Shown here in pieces: positions 30,589 to 40,033 of a stretch of DNA of 64,000 nucleotides. The stretch is from Candidatus Latescibacterota bacterium (lineage in GTDB: Bacteria; Latescibacterota; UBA2968; GCA-2709665): positions 1,376,001-1,440,000 of the forward strand of contig OZ250150.1 in the NCBI GenBank assembly GCA_965237675.1, given 5' to 3'. A program made the translations under genes and the position numbers. The notes below the pieces were generated by a model. The model searched no databases, was not told the DNA's origin, and worked only from the letters and a program-made list of their open reading frames with translations. The number at the start of each line of letters is the position of its first letter. Positions within the stretch are counted from its first letter, which is position 1.

Positions 30589-32121
30589 TCAGGGGCTCGG
30601 TTGCGCCGCCTCGCGCTCCGGCCGCCGTATATTGGGTCCCGCTTTGGTGTTGACGAAGCGCCGCTCGCGAATGGGGTTGCGCCAGCTGCGCACGCCGTGC
30701 GTCGTCGTGCCCGTGTACATGATCACCGTCCCGGCAACCCCGTGCATATGCTTGACCTGCGGCAGGTCGCAGCTGGTTTGCTTCGGGCGCGGCAGCGGTA
30801 GCCGCGCTTTGTGGCTTCCGGGGACTAACATCAGTCCGCCGTCGCCCGTCGCCGTCTCGACGTCTTGGAGCAGCCAGCCGATGTTCACCTGCTCCGTACG
30901 AGGCTGTCCGTCCCGGAAATGATAGGTAGGGCCGGCGCCGTAAAACCAGCCGCCATGCAGGGGCTGGCCGGCCGCCCCGTCGCGGCTGACGATGGTGTAG
31001 CACGTCGTCATGACGAAGCCCGGGTCGATCATCCACTTCAGCCGCGCGTTCACGAGCGGATTGTCGATCATGCGTCGAAAGCCGTCGCTGAAGGGTGGGG
31101 GATGGGTCCAGGTCTGCGAGATGCGCTCTTCGGTGCAGCGCGTGCCCGGGGCCGGGGCAATAGTCTGCGAACAGCCCTCGTAGTCCGGGTACTCGCCCAC
31201 GACACTGCTCGAAAAGCCCACCGGCCGACGGTTGGCTTCGGCGAAGTGCGAGTCGAGCGCTGCATTGCACTGCGCTAACCACTCGCGGTCCATCACGCCA
31301 GGCAGCACCAGGTAGCCTCTTAGGTCCCAGAACCAGACCTCCTCGTGGTTCGGAGCGTCAGGCCGCGTGTTGACGCCCAGCAGCGACGGCGCCAGCTGCT
31401 GCTCGTTGCTGAGGGGCTGGCCGTCGTGGCCGAGGCCGCGTGGTGGGCCGGCCACAAGCGCTCGGCGCGCCGGCGTGAGCTCATCCAGCCAGCTGTCCAC
31501 ACCCGTCGCGCCGTGGCCGAAGGCCCCCCCAGGGTAGCGGGAGTCGTCGCAAAAGATGCACTCCTGCAGCGAGGAGCCTGGGGCGGCGCCGACCAGCGTG
31601 GTGGCAACCGCGAGCAGACAGTCGCCAGCGCGGAGCTGCACGCACTCCGTCGCCCCGAGCTCCTCGGCGCGCGCCATGCTCGGGGGCGGCTGGACGTTGG
31701 CTTTGTGCGACGCGGGGCACACCACCACGCAGCTGTCGCCCACGGCCCACAGCGCGCGCAGCCCCCAGACGCACACCCGGTCGGGCCGGCTGGTCGTGTC
31801 GTAGCCCAGCCGGCGCTGCTCATCCACCGTCAGATCATTGGCCCACTGCCCCTCTTTGGTCAGGCGGCGCGACGGCCGGTCCAGCTCAAACTTGATCGTG
31901 TGGAACTCCTGTTCCTTCCCTTCAGTACCGTCGTACGCAGCGCGGTGCCACAGTGGTAACTCCCCGCCAGCTAGCTGATCAATCGCAGCCAGCAAGTCCG
32001 GATGCTCAGCCAGAGCGGCGGGTGTGGCGTGCGCCGCTGCCGGCGCGCCGAGCAGGCTCGGGAGGAGGATATAGCCGTCGAGCTCGAAGGCCCACCTCTG
32101 CTCCTCGGTCATCAGCGCCAT
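30589..32121 (-). CDS. Tandem PhyH-like (Fe/2OG dioxygenase) protein carried as a cassette
   Basis: Two FxLxGYxxL starts; C-terminal domain has LHGG, VPGSHK and THG; very GC-rich. Confidence 0.75.
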   Translation of the reverse strand: MALMTEEQRWAFELDGYILLPSLLGAPAAAHATPAALAEHPDLLAAIDQLAGGELPLWHRAAYDGTEGKEQEFHTIKFELDRPSRRLTKEGQWANDLTVDEQRRLGYDTTSRPDRVCVWGLRALWAVGDSCVVVCPASHKANVQPPPSMARAEELGATECVQLRAGDCLLAVATTLVGAAPGSSLQECIFCDDSRYPGGAFGHGATGVDSWLDELTPARRALVAGPPRGLGHDGQPLSNEQQLAPSLLGVNTRPDAPNHEEVWFWDLRGYLVLPGVMDREWLAQCNAALDSHFAEANRRPVGFSSSVVGEYPDYEGCSQTIAPAPGTRCTEERISQTWTHPPPFSDGFRRMIDNPLVNARLKWMIDPGFVMTTCYTIVSRDGAAGQPLHGGWFYGAGPTYHFRDGQPRTEQVNIGWLLQDVETATGDGGLMLVPGSHKARLPLPRPKQTSCDLPQVKHMHGVAGTVIMYTGTTTHGVRSWRNPIRERRFVNTKAGPNIRRPEREAAQPSP

Positions 32122-32323
32122 GGACCCGCTCCGTGGACATCGAAGAGGTATTTTTCCGTTTCGGTCATGAGGCAACCCTTTCTCTCACAGATCGTCGCAT
32201 TTGCGATTTGAGTTTGTTAGTGGGATGTGACAATCATCGGAACGAAATGGTTCGGTAAGCCCGCTGTGGCGTTCTCTGTTTGCTTCGTGATATTGATTCA
32301 CACCGATGCTCTCTTTTCTATTG

Positions 32324-32411
32324 CCGATAACGTTTTCCGTGCCCCCGAACCGCGAAGCGGTTGCGCGGAGGGCCGAATGGCCCGAAGCCGGGGGCACGGT
32401 CGTGTTATGTG
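32324..32411 (-). mobile_element. attC-like site 3
   Basis: CCGATAAC, 11-bp stem CCGTGCCCCCG/CGGGGGCACGG, two GAA-loop hairpins, GTTATGTG. Confidence 0.88.
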
Positions 32412-32529
32412 TTGTGCCAGCCGGGGGGCGAGGGCGGCCTTGCCACGGATGGCAAGGCCGCTTTGTCGCTGAAACAGAATTCCCGCTAAATGAATTATTC
32501 AGCGGAAATCTTGAAAGAAGAACGAGGGA

Positions 32530-32700
32530 TTATGTCTCCTGTTTCACCGATTCTTCTCTACTTTTCCGCACCAGCTTTTCAGGATGCTCTTTCTGGCGTC
32601 TTATGTAATACGCCACCAATTTCTTTGGGTCGTGATCACATTGCTCCGAAATCCTATGACGCACTTCACGAATCCTACGAATGGTCGGATCATCTTTCAT
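32530..32700 (-). CDS. Small putative antitoxin partner of the PIN toxin (56 aa)
   Basis: Manual translation MKDDPTIRRIREVRHRISEQCDHDPKKLVAYY...; overlaps the PIN stop. Confidence 0.65.
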   Translation of the reverse strand: MKDDPTIRRIREVRHRISEQCDHDPKKLVAYYIRRQKEHPEKLVRKSREESVKQET

Positions 32701-33175
32701 CTTCAATACCCCCCAGGAGTTCCAGCGGAGTCACCAACGTGGGCACATATAAGCCAAGAATAGTGTTGACTCGCTTGATGTGGGCAAACTTATTCGCGTT
32801 AGCCAGATGATTGCAATTCCATGTGAGCAAAAATTCACACTTATGATAAGAGGCTGTAGCAAGATGGAGTGCATCGCCCAGGGGATCATTAGGCATCATC
32901 TGGTGTTGGATATATGCTTCTACAATCTCAGCGATTTCTGGTTCAATTGGCAGCAGTGGCAAAGGAGCAACCAGGGCCAATACTCGGTCCTTGTTAGGAT
33001 ACTCTCCTACACTGAGTTCATCGATAACCGCTTCACTGGTGAAAATCTCATAACCCTCACGCCGTTCGTCCCACCATTGGCGTGTCCAAGTCCGCTTTGC
33101 AGCCATCTCGGGTTCTGTACGTGTTTCGTAATAGAAACTGGGAATAGATGTCTCGATGTAGACCTTAGGGATCAT
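32690..33175 (-). CDS. PIN-domain (VapC-like) toxin
   Basis: VYIETSI, SEAVIDEL, DALHLA, LLTWNCNHLAN. Confidence 0.85.
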   Translation of the reverse strand: MIPKVYIETSIPSFYYETRTEPEMAAKRTWTRQWWDERREGYEIFTSEAVIDELSVGEYPNKDRVLALVAPLPLLPIEPEIAEIVEAYIQHQMMPNDPLGDALHLATASYHKCEFLLTWNCNHLANANKFAHIKRVNTILGLYVPTLVTPLELLGGIEDER

Positions 33176-33364
33176 TATATATCATATTGTTTTTAATATG
33201 GTAAAGACGGTTCAATCCTGCTGCGATTGGTCACCTATTGACCTGCTATAAATCTACATATCTTAATCAAGTTCTTCAAGCGAAATTTCCGCTACTGAAG
33301 AACGTAGTGAGATTCTCTTGGGCGGCCAGGACGGCCGCCTGCTTTTGGAGGAAGGCTGGCATTG

Positions 33365-33454
33365 CACATAACGTTCTTGGGCCTTGCGAACCCGCGTCAG
33401 CGGGTTGTGTCGAAGCCCGACAGGGCTGAGCCGCAAGCGGACCTGTTAGCAGCC
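33365..33454 (-). mobile_element. attC-like site 4
   Basis: CACATAAC...TTGCG/CGCAA with internal hairpins...GTTAGCAGCC. Confidence 0.85.
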
Positions 33455-33583
33455 GGTGCTTCGGAGAAGGCATTCGACTGCCCCTCTACTCCAGGAATTG
33501 ACCTCTGTGCCTTTGTGGTGCGCCTTACGTTCCGCTTCCGGGAAGGACGTTGGCATAACAGCCTGGCCAGGTCGATCATTGAA

Positions 33584-35857
33584 TCAGAACTCGGCGGCAA
33601 TCATCGCGTACTGTCCGATGTTCGTTAATGTGGTTTCCAAGTGGTTTCCGTCGAACGTGACCTCCAGGTCATCTCCCGTGCAAACGTCCCATACGCGACG
33701 AGGAGTGCCCCGCTCCGTGAGCCACCAGCGCAGGTTCACTTCGGGTATCGTGGTCACATAGTCAAACTGTGGGCTGAAGCGCGGCCAGATCTCCGGCAGA
33801 TGCTCGACGCGCTCGCCGGTGTGATTGATCAGAAACAACACTTGGCTTCCTGGTTTTTCATTCGGAATCATCACGAGTTGGTTCGGGCCATCGGTCATCA
33901 GAGGCCGGCCCTCCGGGTAGAGCCAATCCACCACGGCGCCTAGAAGATCGCGGACCACCAGCAGGCGATATTCAAAATGAAGCTCCTCCACCGGCGCGGC
34001 CAGATAGACGACGCGCCCCTTGCCGACCGACCGGCAGGTGACGGCGGGACACAGAGCGTCGTCCGCGCGCCCACCGAAGACGATGTTCGCCACCACGTCG
34101 GTTCCCGGCCGCGCTTGGACGAACTCGAACCGATTGAGCGGCCACAGCTCATGCGAGCACCCCTCGGCCAGCCATTGACCCGGAACGCAGCGACCGTACG
34201 TGTCGAACGTCCCCGCGGCCCAGAGGTGTTGTTCGTAATCAGCGAATTGGTCGGGGTTCGGGTCCACGCGGTCCACGCCCAGAAGGTCCGCCAAGGCGAA
34301 GTTATCGCGCATCTCCTCAGGCTCGGCACCGTACAGGCTCGTCCGGTACGTTGCCAGGAGCCGCCCGCCCACCTTCACATATTCCGTGATGCCCTCGACT
34401 TCCTCCCGCGTGAGATGGCCGACGTTGGGCAGAAACAGAACAGGATACTTTGCCAACGCCGCTGGATCGGAGAGAACCCGCTCCTCGATCACCGATGTCG
34501 GCAAATGGTTGGCCAGCATGGTCGAGAAAGCCCCGCGACGGCAGGATTGCTGCGGGGGCGTGCGCACGAGATAGCCCGCCTCGGAGAGCGGGGCCTCGAG
34601 TTCCCCCGGACGGTCGGCGAGGTCCTGCTTGAACTGGCCGATGACATCGCGCGGACGATCGCGCATCACCAGGGGCTCGGCGCGGAACCGCACCCGCTCG
34701 AGCATCTCATACACCCGCACCGGCAAAACAAATGGAATAGCAACAAACGGTGACGGGTGGAGATCTTCGAAGAGTGATTCATTCGTCTCCAGGATCTCAA
34801 GGAGCTCCGCCAGCTCACGATTGGCTTTGTGGGGAGGCGACAGCCAAAGGTTCACGCCGCACGCCACCAGGACGCCCCCTCCGGAAGCAAAGCTGGCTGC
34901 CGCTTCCTCGACGAGTTCCATGCCGAAGCACTGCGTCCGAGACCAGCCCGTCAAGGCGCCGACGTATTGCCACATAGCCCAACCCGACGACTCGGCCAGA
35001 CTGGCCGCCTCGAGCCGATGAAGGAAGTCGCCCCCGGCCTCGTAGAGAAATCCATTGTGCACCTCCACGATCCTGCGTTCGGGCCAGTTGCCCACACCCA
35101 GGCCGTGCGTCAGCACCGGGATGTCCTTCTTCTTTCGCGTCGCGGCGGCGAATTCGAGAAAGACATCGCCGACGATCCTGCCGTACTGCAGGCTCCACTC
35201 TTCCAGCATCTCCTGGTCTTCCCGAGGCAGGCTGTGCGGATCGGGTGCATACGGCATTGGGCAGCCGAATTGCCTCTCGAACTTCTCGAGGCAATAGTCG
35301 CAGTAGCACAAGGGCGACTGCGGGGTGTGGTGCGAATGGTAAGGACAGGCAGAATCGGTGTAGATCGCGTCGACGTCGTGGTCCACCACTTGTGCGATGA
35401 AAGCGCAGATGGCCTCTCGGTACGGTGTGTTGAAGCAGACGTGCCGGTGAAATCCGCCGCCGTGGTGCCTCAGGACAGGAGCGTCGCCTTCGGGGCTGGG
35501 GCGGTACATCCACTCCGGATGATGGATCAGCATGTTGTCTTCGGGAATAATGTGCCCCACGGGAATGTACCCGATGACGCGCACGTCCCGCGCATGGGCC
35601 TCGGCGATGGTCTCGGCGAGCAGGTCGCGCTCACTTAATTGAGGGTGCGGGGGAAAGAACTCATTGGGGAAGACCGCCCATTTGCCCGCGCTGCCGAACC
35701 AAATGGCGTTGGCGTGGTATTTCCGCACGACATCGACGAGCTGCTTCGCGTCAAAGTCGATGTCGGGCCAGAAGGGCGGGTGGTATTGCTCTATCTGAAA
35801 GGTGCGCGCCCGCCGTACCCACTCGTGACTTGGCTTGATCATAGCGATGACCTCCAA
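33584..35857 (-). CDS. Glycoside-hydrolase-like protein (GHL6/GH42-type TIM barrel plus trimerisation domain) carried as a cassette
   Basis: DLLAETIAEAH, HPEW, CFNTPY, CYCDYC, LPNVGHL, GGRLLATY, GKGRVVY. Confidence 0.75.
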   Translation of the reverse strand: MEVIAMIKPSHEWVRRARTFQIEQYHPPFWPDIDFDAKQLVDVVRKYHANAIWFGSAGKWAVFPNEFFPPHPQLSERDLLAETIAEAHARDVRVIGYIPVGHIIPEDNMLIHHPEWMYRPSPEGDAPVLRHHGGGFHRHVCFNTPYREAICAFIAQVVDHDVDAIYTDSACPYHSHHTPQSPLCYCDYCLEKFERQFGCPMPYAPDPHSLPREDQEMLEEWSLQYGRIVGDVFLEFAAATRKKKDIPVLTHGLGVGNWPERRIVEVHNGFLYEAGGDFLHRLEAASLAESSGWAMWQYVGALTGWSRTQCFGMELVEEAAASFASGGGVLVACGVNLWLSPPHKANRELAELLEILETNESLFEDLHPSPFVAIPFVLPVRVYEMLERVRFRAEPLVMRDRPRDVIGQFKQDLADRPGELEAPLSEAGYLVRTPPQQSCRRGAFSTMLANHLPTSVIEERVLSDPAALAKYPVLFLPNVGHLTREEVEGITEYVKVGGRLLATYRTSLYGAEPEEMRDNFALADLLGVDRVDPNPDQFADYEQHLWAAGTFDTYGRCVPGQWLAEGCSHELWPLNRFEFVQARPGTDVVANIVFGGRADDALCPAVTCRSVGKGRVVYLAAPVEELHFEYRLLVVRDLLGAVVDWLYPEGRPLMTDGPNQLVMIPNEKPGSQVLFLINHTGERVEHLPEIWPRFSPQFDYVTTIPEVNLRWWLTERGTPRRVWDVCTGDDLEVTFDGNHLETTLTNIGQYAMIAAEF

Positions 35858-36205
35858 AATCTGTACCGTCTTTTTTTACCCGCAGAGCCCGCGGAGAACG
35901 CAGAGAACGGCCTTCCATGATTCACGGCCGCTCATCATGATCGAGAAGCCGAGAAATATCAGGCTGAACCCCAGCCAGCAGCCCAAGCTCGGCTGTCGGC
36001 ACCAACTCAGGACCCGAGCTAACAGGAGCAACGTCGAGAATGGACGAAGAACGCTTTGGTTGCCGGCGGAAGGTCCGCTCCCACGTTTAACCCGAGGACC
36101 TCAACGACCCTCCCCGCTGTCATGAGAATGGGAAGCAGGAGTGCAGGTAACGCCGCAACCAGAGCAGCACGGAGGTCATTCGCAGTCATTGGTTTCGACT
36201 GGCAT

Positions 36206-36293
36206 GGCTGCTAACGTTTTCCGTGCCCCCGAACCGCGAAGCGGTTGCGCGGAGGGCCGAATGGCCCGAAGCCGGGGGCACGGTGTTAGAGGC
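36206..36293 (-). mobile_element. attC-like site 5
   Basis: Interior identical to site 3 except a 3-nt deletion; GGCTGCTAAC...GTTAGAGGC. Confidence 0.88.
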
Positions 36294-36323
36294 TGTGTGG
36301 CAGGGGTGGGGTTGAGTGGTTGC

Positions 36324-36614
36324 TCAAGCGCTTAACGACCGAGCCACGGTTTCTGGGTTTTCCGAAGCAATCTTGAGTAGGGCCCGAGCAGGACCCTCGG
36401 GACGGCGCCGTCCCTGTTCCCAATTTTGCAAAGTAGAGACGCTGACGCCAATCATCAGGGCGAATTCAGATTGCGACTTATCCAGTTTCTTTCGGATCAT
36501 CCTGATATCGGCGGGATCCATCTGGGTCGTGCGCCCTGGCTTCAACTTGCCGCGCTTGATCGCGCCAGCTTGCTTGACGCTGGCTACAAGTTGGTCAAAG
36601 TCACGCTCATTCAT
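36324..36614 (-). CDS. HTH-XRE antitoxin (HigA/NadS-like)
   Basis: IRKKLDKSQSEFALMIGVSVSTLQNWEQGRRRP. Confidence 0.88.
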   Translation of the reverse strand: MNERDFDQLVASVKQAGAIKRGKLKPGRTTQMDPADIRMIRKKLDKSQSEFALMIGVSVSTLQNWEQGRRRPEGPARALLKIASENPETVARSLSA

Positions 36615-36928
36615 GCCAGATACTCCCTTACGAGTTTGCTAAGCAGATTGCACTGTCGAGAGGTGAGATCTTCCTGCCGGCTCTTCCGATACACCCAGAG
36701 CATATAGACAACCTCGGCCGGCTTGTCCCAATAGTAGATCACACGAAGACCGCCCCGTTTGCCAGCGTGCGGCAATTTCCATCTCAGTTTTCGCAATCCA
36801 CCTGTATGCGGAATCAGCTCTCCTGATTCTGGCCGGAATAGGAGCGCCAGCTGTATTGCCCGGTAGTCCTCATCCGATAGTAGGGTCAAGATCTCCTTTG
36901 TGAAGATTGGCGTCTCGACGAAGATCAT
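36611..36928 (-). CDS. RelE/HigB-family toxin
   Basis: MIFVETPIF...TGGLRKLRW...GKRGGLRVIYY. Confidence 0.88.
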   Translation of the reverse strand: MIFVETPIFTKEILTLLSDEDYRAIQLALLFRPESGELIPHTGGLRKLRWKLPHAGKRGGLRVIYYWDKPAEVVYMLWVYRKSRQEDLTSRQCNLLSKLVREYLA

Positions 36929-36984
36929 ACGCACAATATACGCCAATGACGTATAGCACGCAAGGTCTTTACTTTGGCCACATG

Positions 36985-37020
36985 GCCTCTAACTACGGTA
37001 TTACCGAACAGTTACGGTAA
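36985..37020 (-). mobile_element. attI-like site A heading the five-cassette array
   Basis: R box matches the end of the HigBA cassette; followed by TACGGTATTACCGAACAGTTACGGTAA with no closing attC arm. Confidence 0.6.
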
Positions 37021-37388
37021 CGCGTACCTAATGCGAAGATCTGCGAACATTCGGGAACATGTTGCTTCGAAGCGTGTAGTCCGAACATGCTCAGGAATGC
37101 ATCCTATAGTCTTCACGATTGTACCAGAGTCTGATCTCGCGCTTAATTTCCCTGCAGCATATATATGAGGGTTTGTTGCCCTCGTTGGAAGAATTAAGTC
37201 GCGGTCGCGAGATATGTAGAAACGTGGGCGTATGAATTATACCTGCAAAGGAAGGCGACGGCAAGAGCGTGGGCGACTTCAGATCCACAAACTCATATGA
37301 TGTCGGCCGCAGAGCCGCTCCCTGAGCCGTCGAGCAGCAGCAGGCACGCCGTGCAGGTTGAAGTCATCGCAAATTCAGGCTCGTGGCG

Positions 37389-38084
37389 TTAGGCGAGACT
37401 TGTACGTCGGTTCCCAGTGTTTCTCGCCCGGCCACTCCCGGTACTGGATGTCCGTTCCGAAGGCACTCAACGCGGCAAACAGCTCCTGTTCTGTCGGGAA
37501 ATTCTTCACGATGTCGTACTCCTGTCCATCCGAGAGAACCGCCGCTCGATGGTATCGCCGTTGGAATCCTCGTGACGTTGCGCGGCCATTCCGTCAACTC
37601 TGGGAACGTCATATTCGAGCTGGTCCGAAAACAGCACCAGCGCTCCGGGAATCAACCTGCGGTGAAGCGATTGCAGAAACTGCCGCACGCGGGACCTGGG
37701 AATGTGCGACCACCACCAGACAGCGAACGCTGCCGTGAAGGCGCCCGCCTCGGGGCCGAGGGAATACGCGTCTGCAAGGCGGAATTTCACATGCGGGAAA
37801 TGTTCACACCTCGATTGAGCCCGGGAGATCATTTCAGGATTGACGTCAATTCCGACAACCGACTTTGCAGTTTCCGCAAGGACCTCCGTCCAGTATCCGG
37901 TTCCACACGCAATTTCGAGGACGTCGTGGCCGAGAAAGAGCTGCTGATATCTTCTCTTTTTCGCAACGCGGAGAGTTTCTGCGTCGTGAGTCAGATACCC
38001 CGCGCTAACGTCGTATTCCGGAGCGCGCGCGGCATAGTATCGGGCCGTTTCTTCGGATGTCCCATCGCTGGAATGAGGCGTCAT
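37389..38084 (-). pseudogene. Class I SAM methyltransferase with a 1-bp deletion near 37540
   Basis: YYAARAPEYD, VLEIACGTG; GAGAACCGCC here versus GAGAACCCGCC in the 27.9 kb copy. Confidence 0.8.
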
Positions 38085-38091
38085 CTCGACC

Positions 38092-38517
38092 CTATTCGCA
38101 GTTCTGTCTCTCGAAATTCCGAACAACCATTCCCACGCACTCCGAGAAACCCTGCTTGACGTAGAATTCAGCCACATCCCGGTCGCACACCAGGTCTACC
38201 ATATAAAGATGCCCGACCTGATCGAGCATTCGCCTGACAAGTTCGGCGCCAATGCCCATACCCTGGTATTCCGGGAGTACGCTGAGGTGAGGAATATATG
38301 CACAGGACACACCGTCCGAGATGGCGGAAATCCAACCGACGACCTGTCCTTCCGGCGAAATAGCCAGAACATGGAAATCGCTGCCCTGTAAAATTCGGAG
38401 ATGCGCCTCCGGGGAGGGAGGATCAGGCCAGTTTTCGAAGTGACCCTCAAGATTGTCGGGCCGGATTCCCTCAAGGGTACTCTGGTATCTGATTGACATC
38501 GGGTCGTGTGCGTTCAT
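38092..38517 (-). CDS. GNAT family N-acetyltransferase
   Basis: VLPEYQGMGIG motif A; FYVKQGF. Confidence 0.88.
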   Translation of the reverse strand: MNAHDPMSIRYQSTLEGIRPDNLEGHFENWPDPPSPEAHLRILQGSDFHVLAISPEGQVVGWISAISDGVSCAYIPHLSVLPEYQGMGIGAELVRRMLDQVGHLYMVDLVCDRDVAEFYVKQGFSECVGMVVRNFERQNCE

Positions 38518-38692
38518 GTGGATTTTTCACTGGCCATGTGGTCTGGCGTCTTGCCGCGCCTCAGCCGCGAATGCAGATGGGCGAAGGGGGTCTGCCCGAA
38601 GGCACATCCCGTCGGGTCGCTCGCCTGTGTTGGTCTCCGCAACTGAAAACGCGCTGCGCAGTCAACGGGACGTGGCTCGTTCCGCCGTATGA

Positions 38693-39457
38693 TCAGGCAG
38701 CTGTCAGTGCGGGTCTTCTGGCGACCGCCACAAGACGATTGGATTCCCTGCCGTATTCCTCCCCCTCGAAACTCCCGTAGAGTTTCACATCGCCAAATCC
38801 AACGGCAAGCAGTCTGTCCTTCAGTTCCTGGCCGGAATATACGGTGTGGTGAAACTCGAAGGTGCGGACCTCCGGACCCTTGATGATGATCCATTCATTT
38901 CTGATGCGAGACCATTCGTCGAAGATCTCGTGGCGCTGCACCATCAGCGTACCGTCTTCAAGCTTCTCGGACGTCGTCGGCTGGAAAATCCTCGCCAGCT
39001 TCTCCTTGCCGATGATATCCATCACAAGACGTCCACCGGGCTTCAGACTGCCAAAAATCCTCCTCAACACCCTGACGTCCTCGTCCTTGTCATCAAAGTA
39101 GCCAAAGGAGGTGTTGAGGTTGAGAACAAGATCGAAGGATGCGGGGCGCTCAAACCCCCGCATGTCTTTCTCGACCCATTCGATGTCCGGATTCCATTGC
39201 GCCGCCCTTTCCGCCCCCTTGCCCAGCAGAAACGGGCTCCTGTCCACCGCTGTGACCTGAAACCCGCGCTGCGCCAAGGGGATCGCAAAGCGGCCGGGGC
39301 CGCAACACAGGTCGAGGACCGACCCTGAGTCCACACCGACCAGATTGAGGATGTCGTCAAGGTGCTTCTCGGCAGCCTCAAACCTTGCCTTAGAAAAAAG
39401 AAACGGATAAATCGCGGTCCAGAAGGACTCGTCTTCAAACCATTCCAAATGCCTCAC
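38693..39457 (-). CDS. Class I SAM-dependent methyltransferase
   Basis: VLDLCCGPGR, TSFGYF, LKPGG. Confidence 0.9.
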   Translation of the reverse strand: MRHLEWFEDESFWTAIYPFLFSKARFEAAEKHLDDILNLVGVDSGSVLDLCCGPGRFAIPLAQRGFQVTAVDRSPFLLGKGAERAAQWNPDIEWVEKDMRGFERPASFDLVLNLNTSFGYFDDKDEDVRVLRRIFGSLKPGGRLVMDIIGKEKLARIFQPTTSEKLEDGTLMVQRHEIFDEWSRIRNEWIIIKGPEVRTFEFHHTVYSGQELKDRLLAVGFGDVKLYGSFEGEEYGRESNRLVAVARRPALTAA

Positions 39458-39538
39458 CTCCTGGACTTACCAACTCAATACAATTCGACTTCCCGTTTAG
39501 CGGGCGTGTCCTCACAGTTCTCAGGAAACGAATACTTT

Positions 39539-39590
39539 GCGTAACTTTGGTTTTGCCAAACAGGGACGGAAATACGGACCGGACCGGAAA
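39539..39590 (-). mobile_element. attI-like site B (diverged)
   Basis: GTAAC-TTTGGTTTTGCCAAACAGGGACGGAAATACGGACCGGA aligns with the 46967 copy. Confidence 0.5.
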
Positions 39591-39630
39591 ACGCCCGAAC
39601 GCTCGCGACAGGTCACTCCTGGCCCGATCA

Positions 39631-39867
39631 TCAAGCTCGTAGATGCGCTTTCCATCCGACCACAACAATTTCACGTTCCGCCTCGGCAGGCACAGCGCGA
39701 AGTCCATCCGCTCGCCGATCCTCAAGGATGAGCGATATCGCATCCCGTAGACTCATAAGGGCTTCATCCTTAGACTTTCCCTGGCCATTGGCACCCGGAA
39801 TCTCAGGGCAATAGGCAATGATCCATTCGTTGTCATGTTCGATCACTGCGGTGAATTCGTTTCTCAT
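39631..39867 (-). CDS. hicB: HicB-family antitoxin (short)
   Basis: FTAVIEHD..W.IAYCPEIPGANGQG.S.DEA. Confidence 0.85.
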   Translation of the reverse strand: MRNEFTAVIEHDNEWIIAYCPEIPGANGQGKSKDEALMSLRDAISLILEDRRADGLRAVPAEAEREIVVVGWKAHLRA

Positions 39868-39972
39868 ATTCGACCCTCCTGGAATCCTGATTCAAGGCTC
39901 ACTGCTCAAATCAATATATCCTCTTCCATTGGGAAAATACAGAAAAGATATCTGTTTCATCCCAGCCGATGT

Positions 39973-40033
39973 CATTTAACGTTCTCCGGTTTGCGAACCC
40001 AGAGCTCGGCCGCGGAGCCTACGCGCTGAGCCG
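39973..40033 (-). mobile_element. Truncated attC-like site (site-4 type) at the ankyrin gene 3' end
   Basis: TTAACGTTCT...TTGCGAACCC...GCTGAGCCG matches site 4; GTT arm missing. Confidence 0.55.

Noticed and set aside
29618-36293. Repeated palindromes as a CRISPR array
   Set aside because: Repeats are ~90 bp and separated by 0.6-2.8 kb of genes; no cas genes.
38560-38635. Possible degenerate attC between the methyltransferase and GNAT genes
   Set aside because: GTTGGTC matches TACCAAC (~39468) at only 6/7 and the left AAC box is absent; suggestive but not callable.
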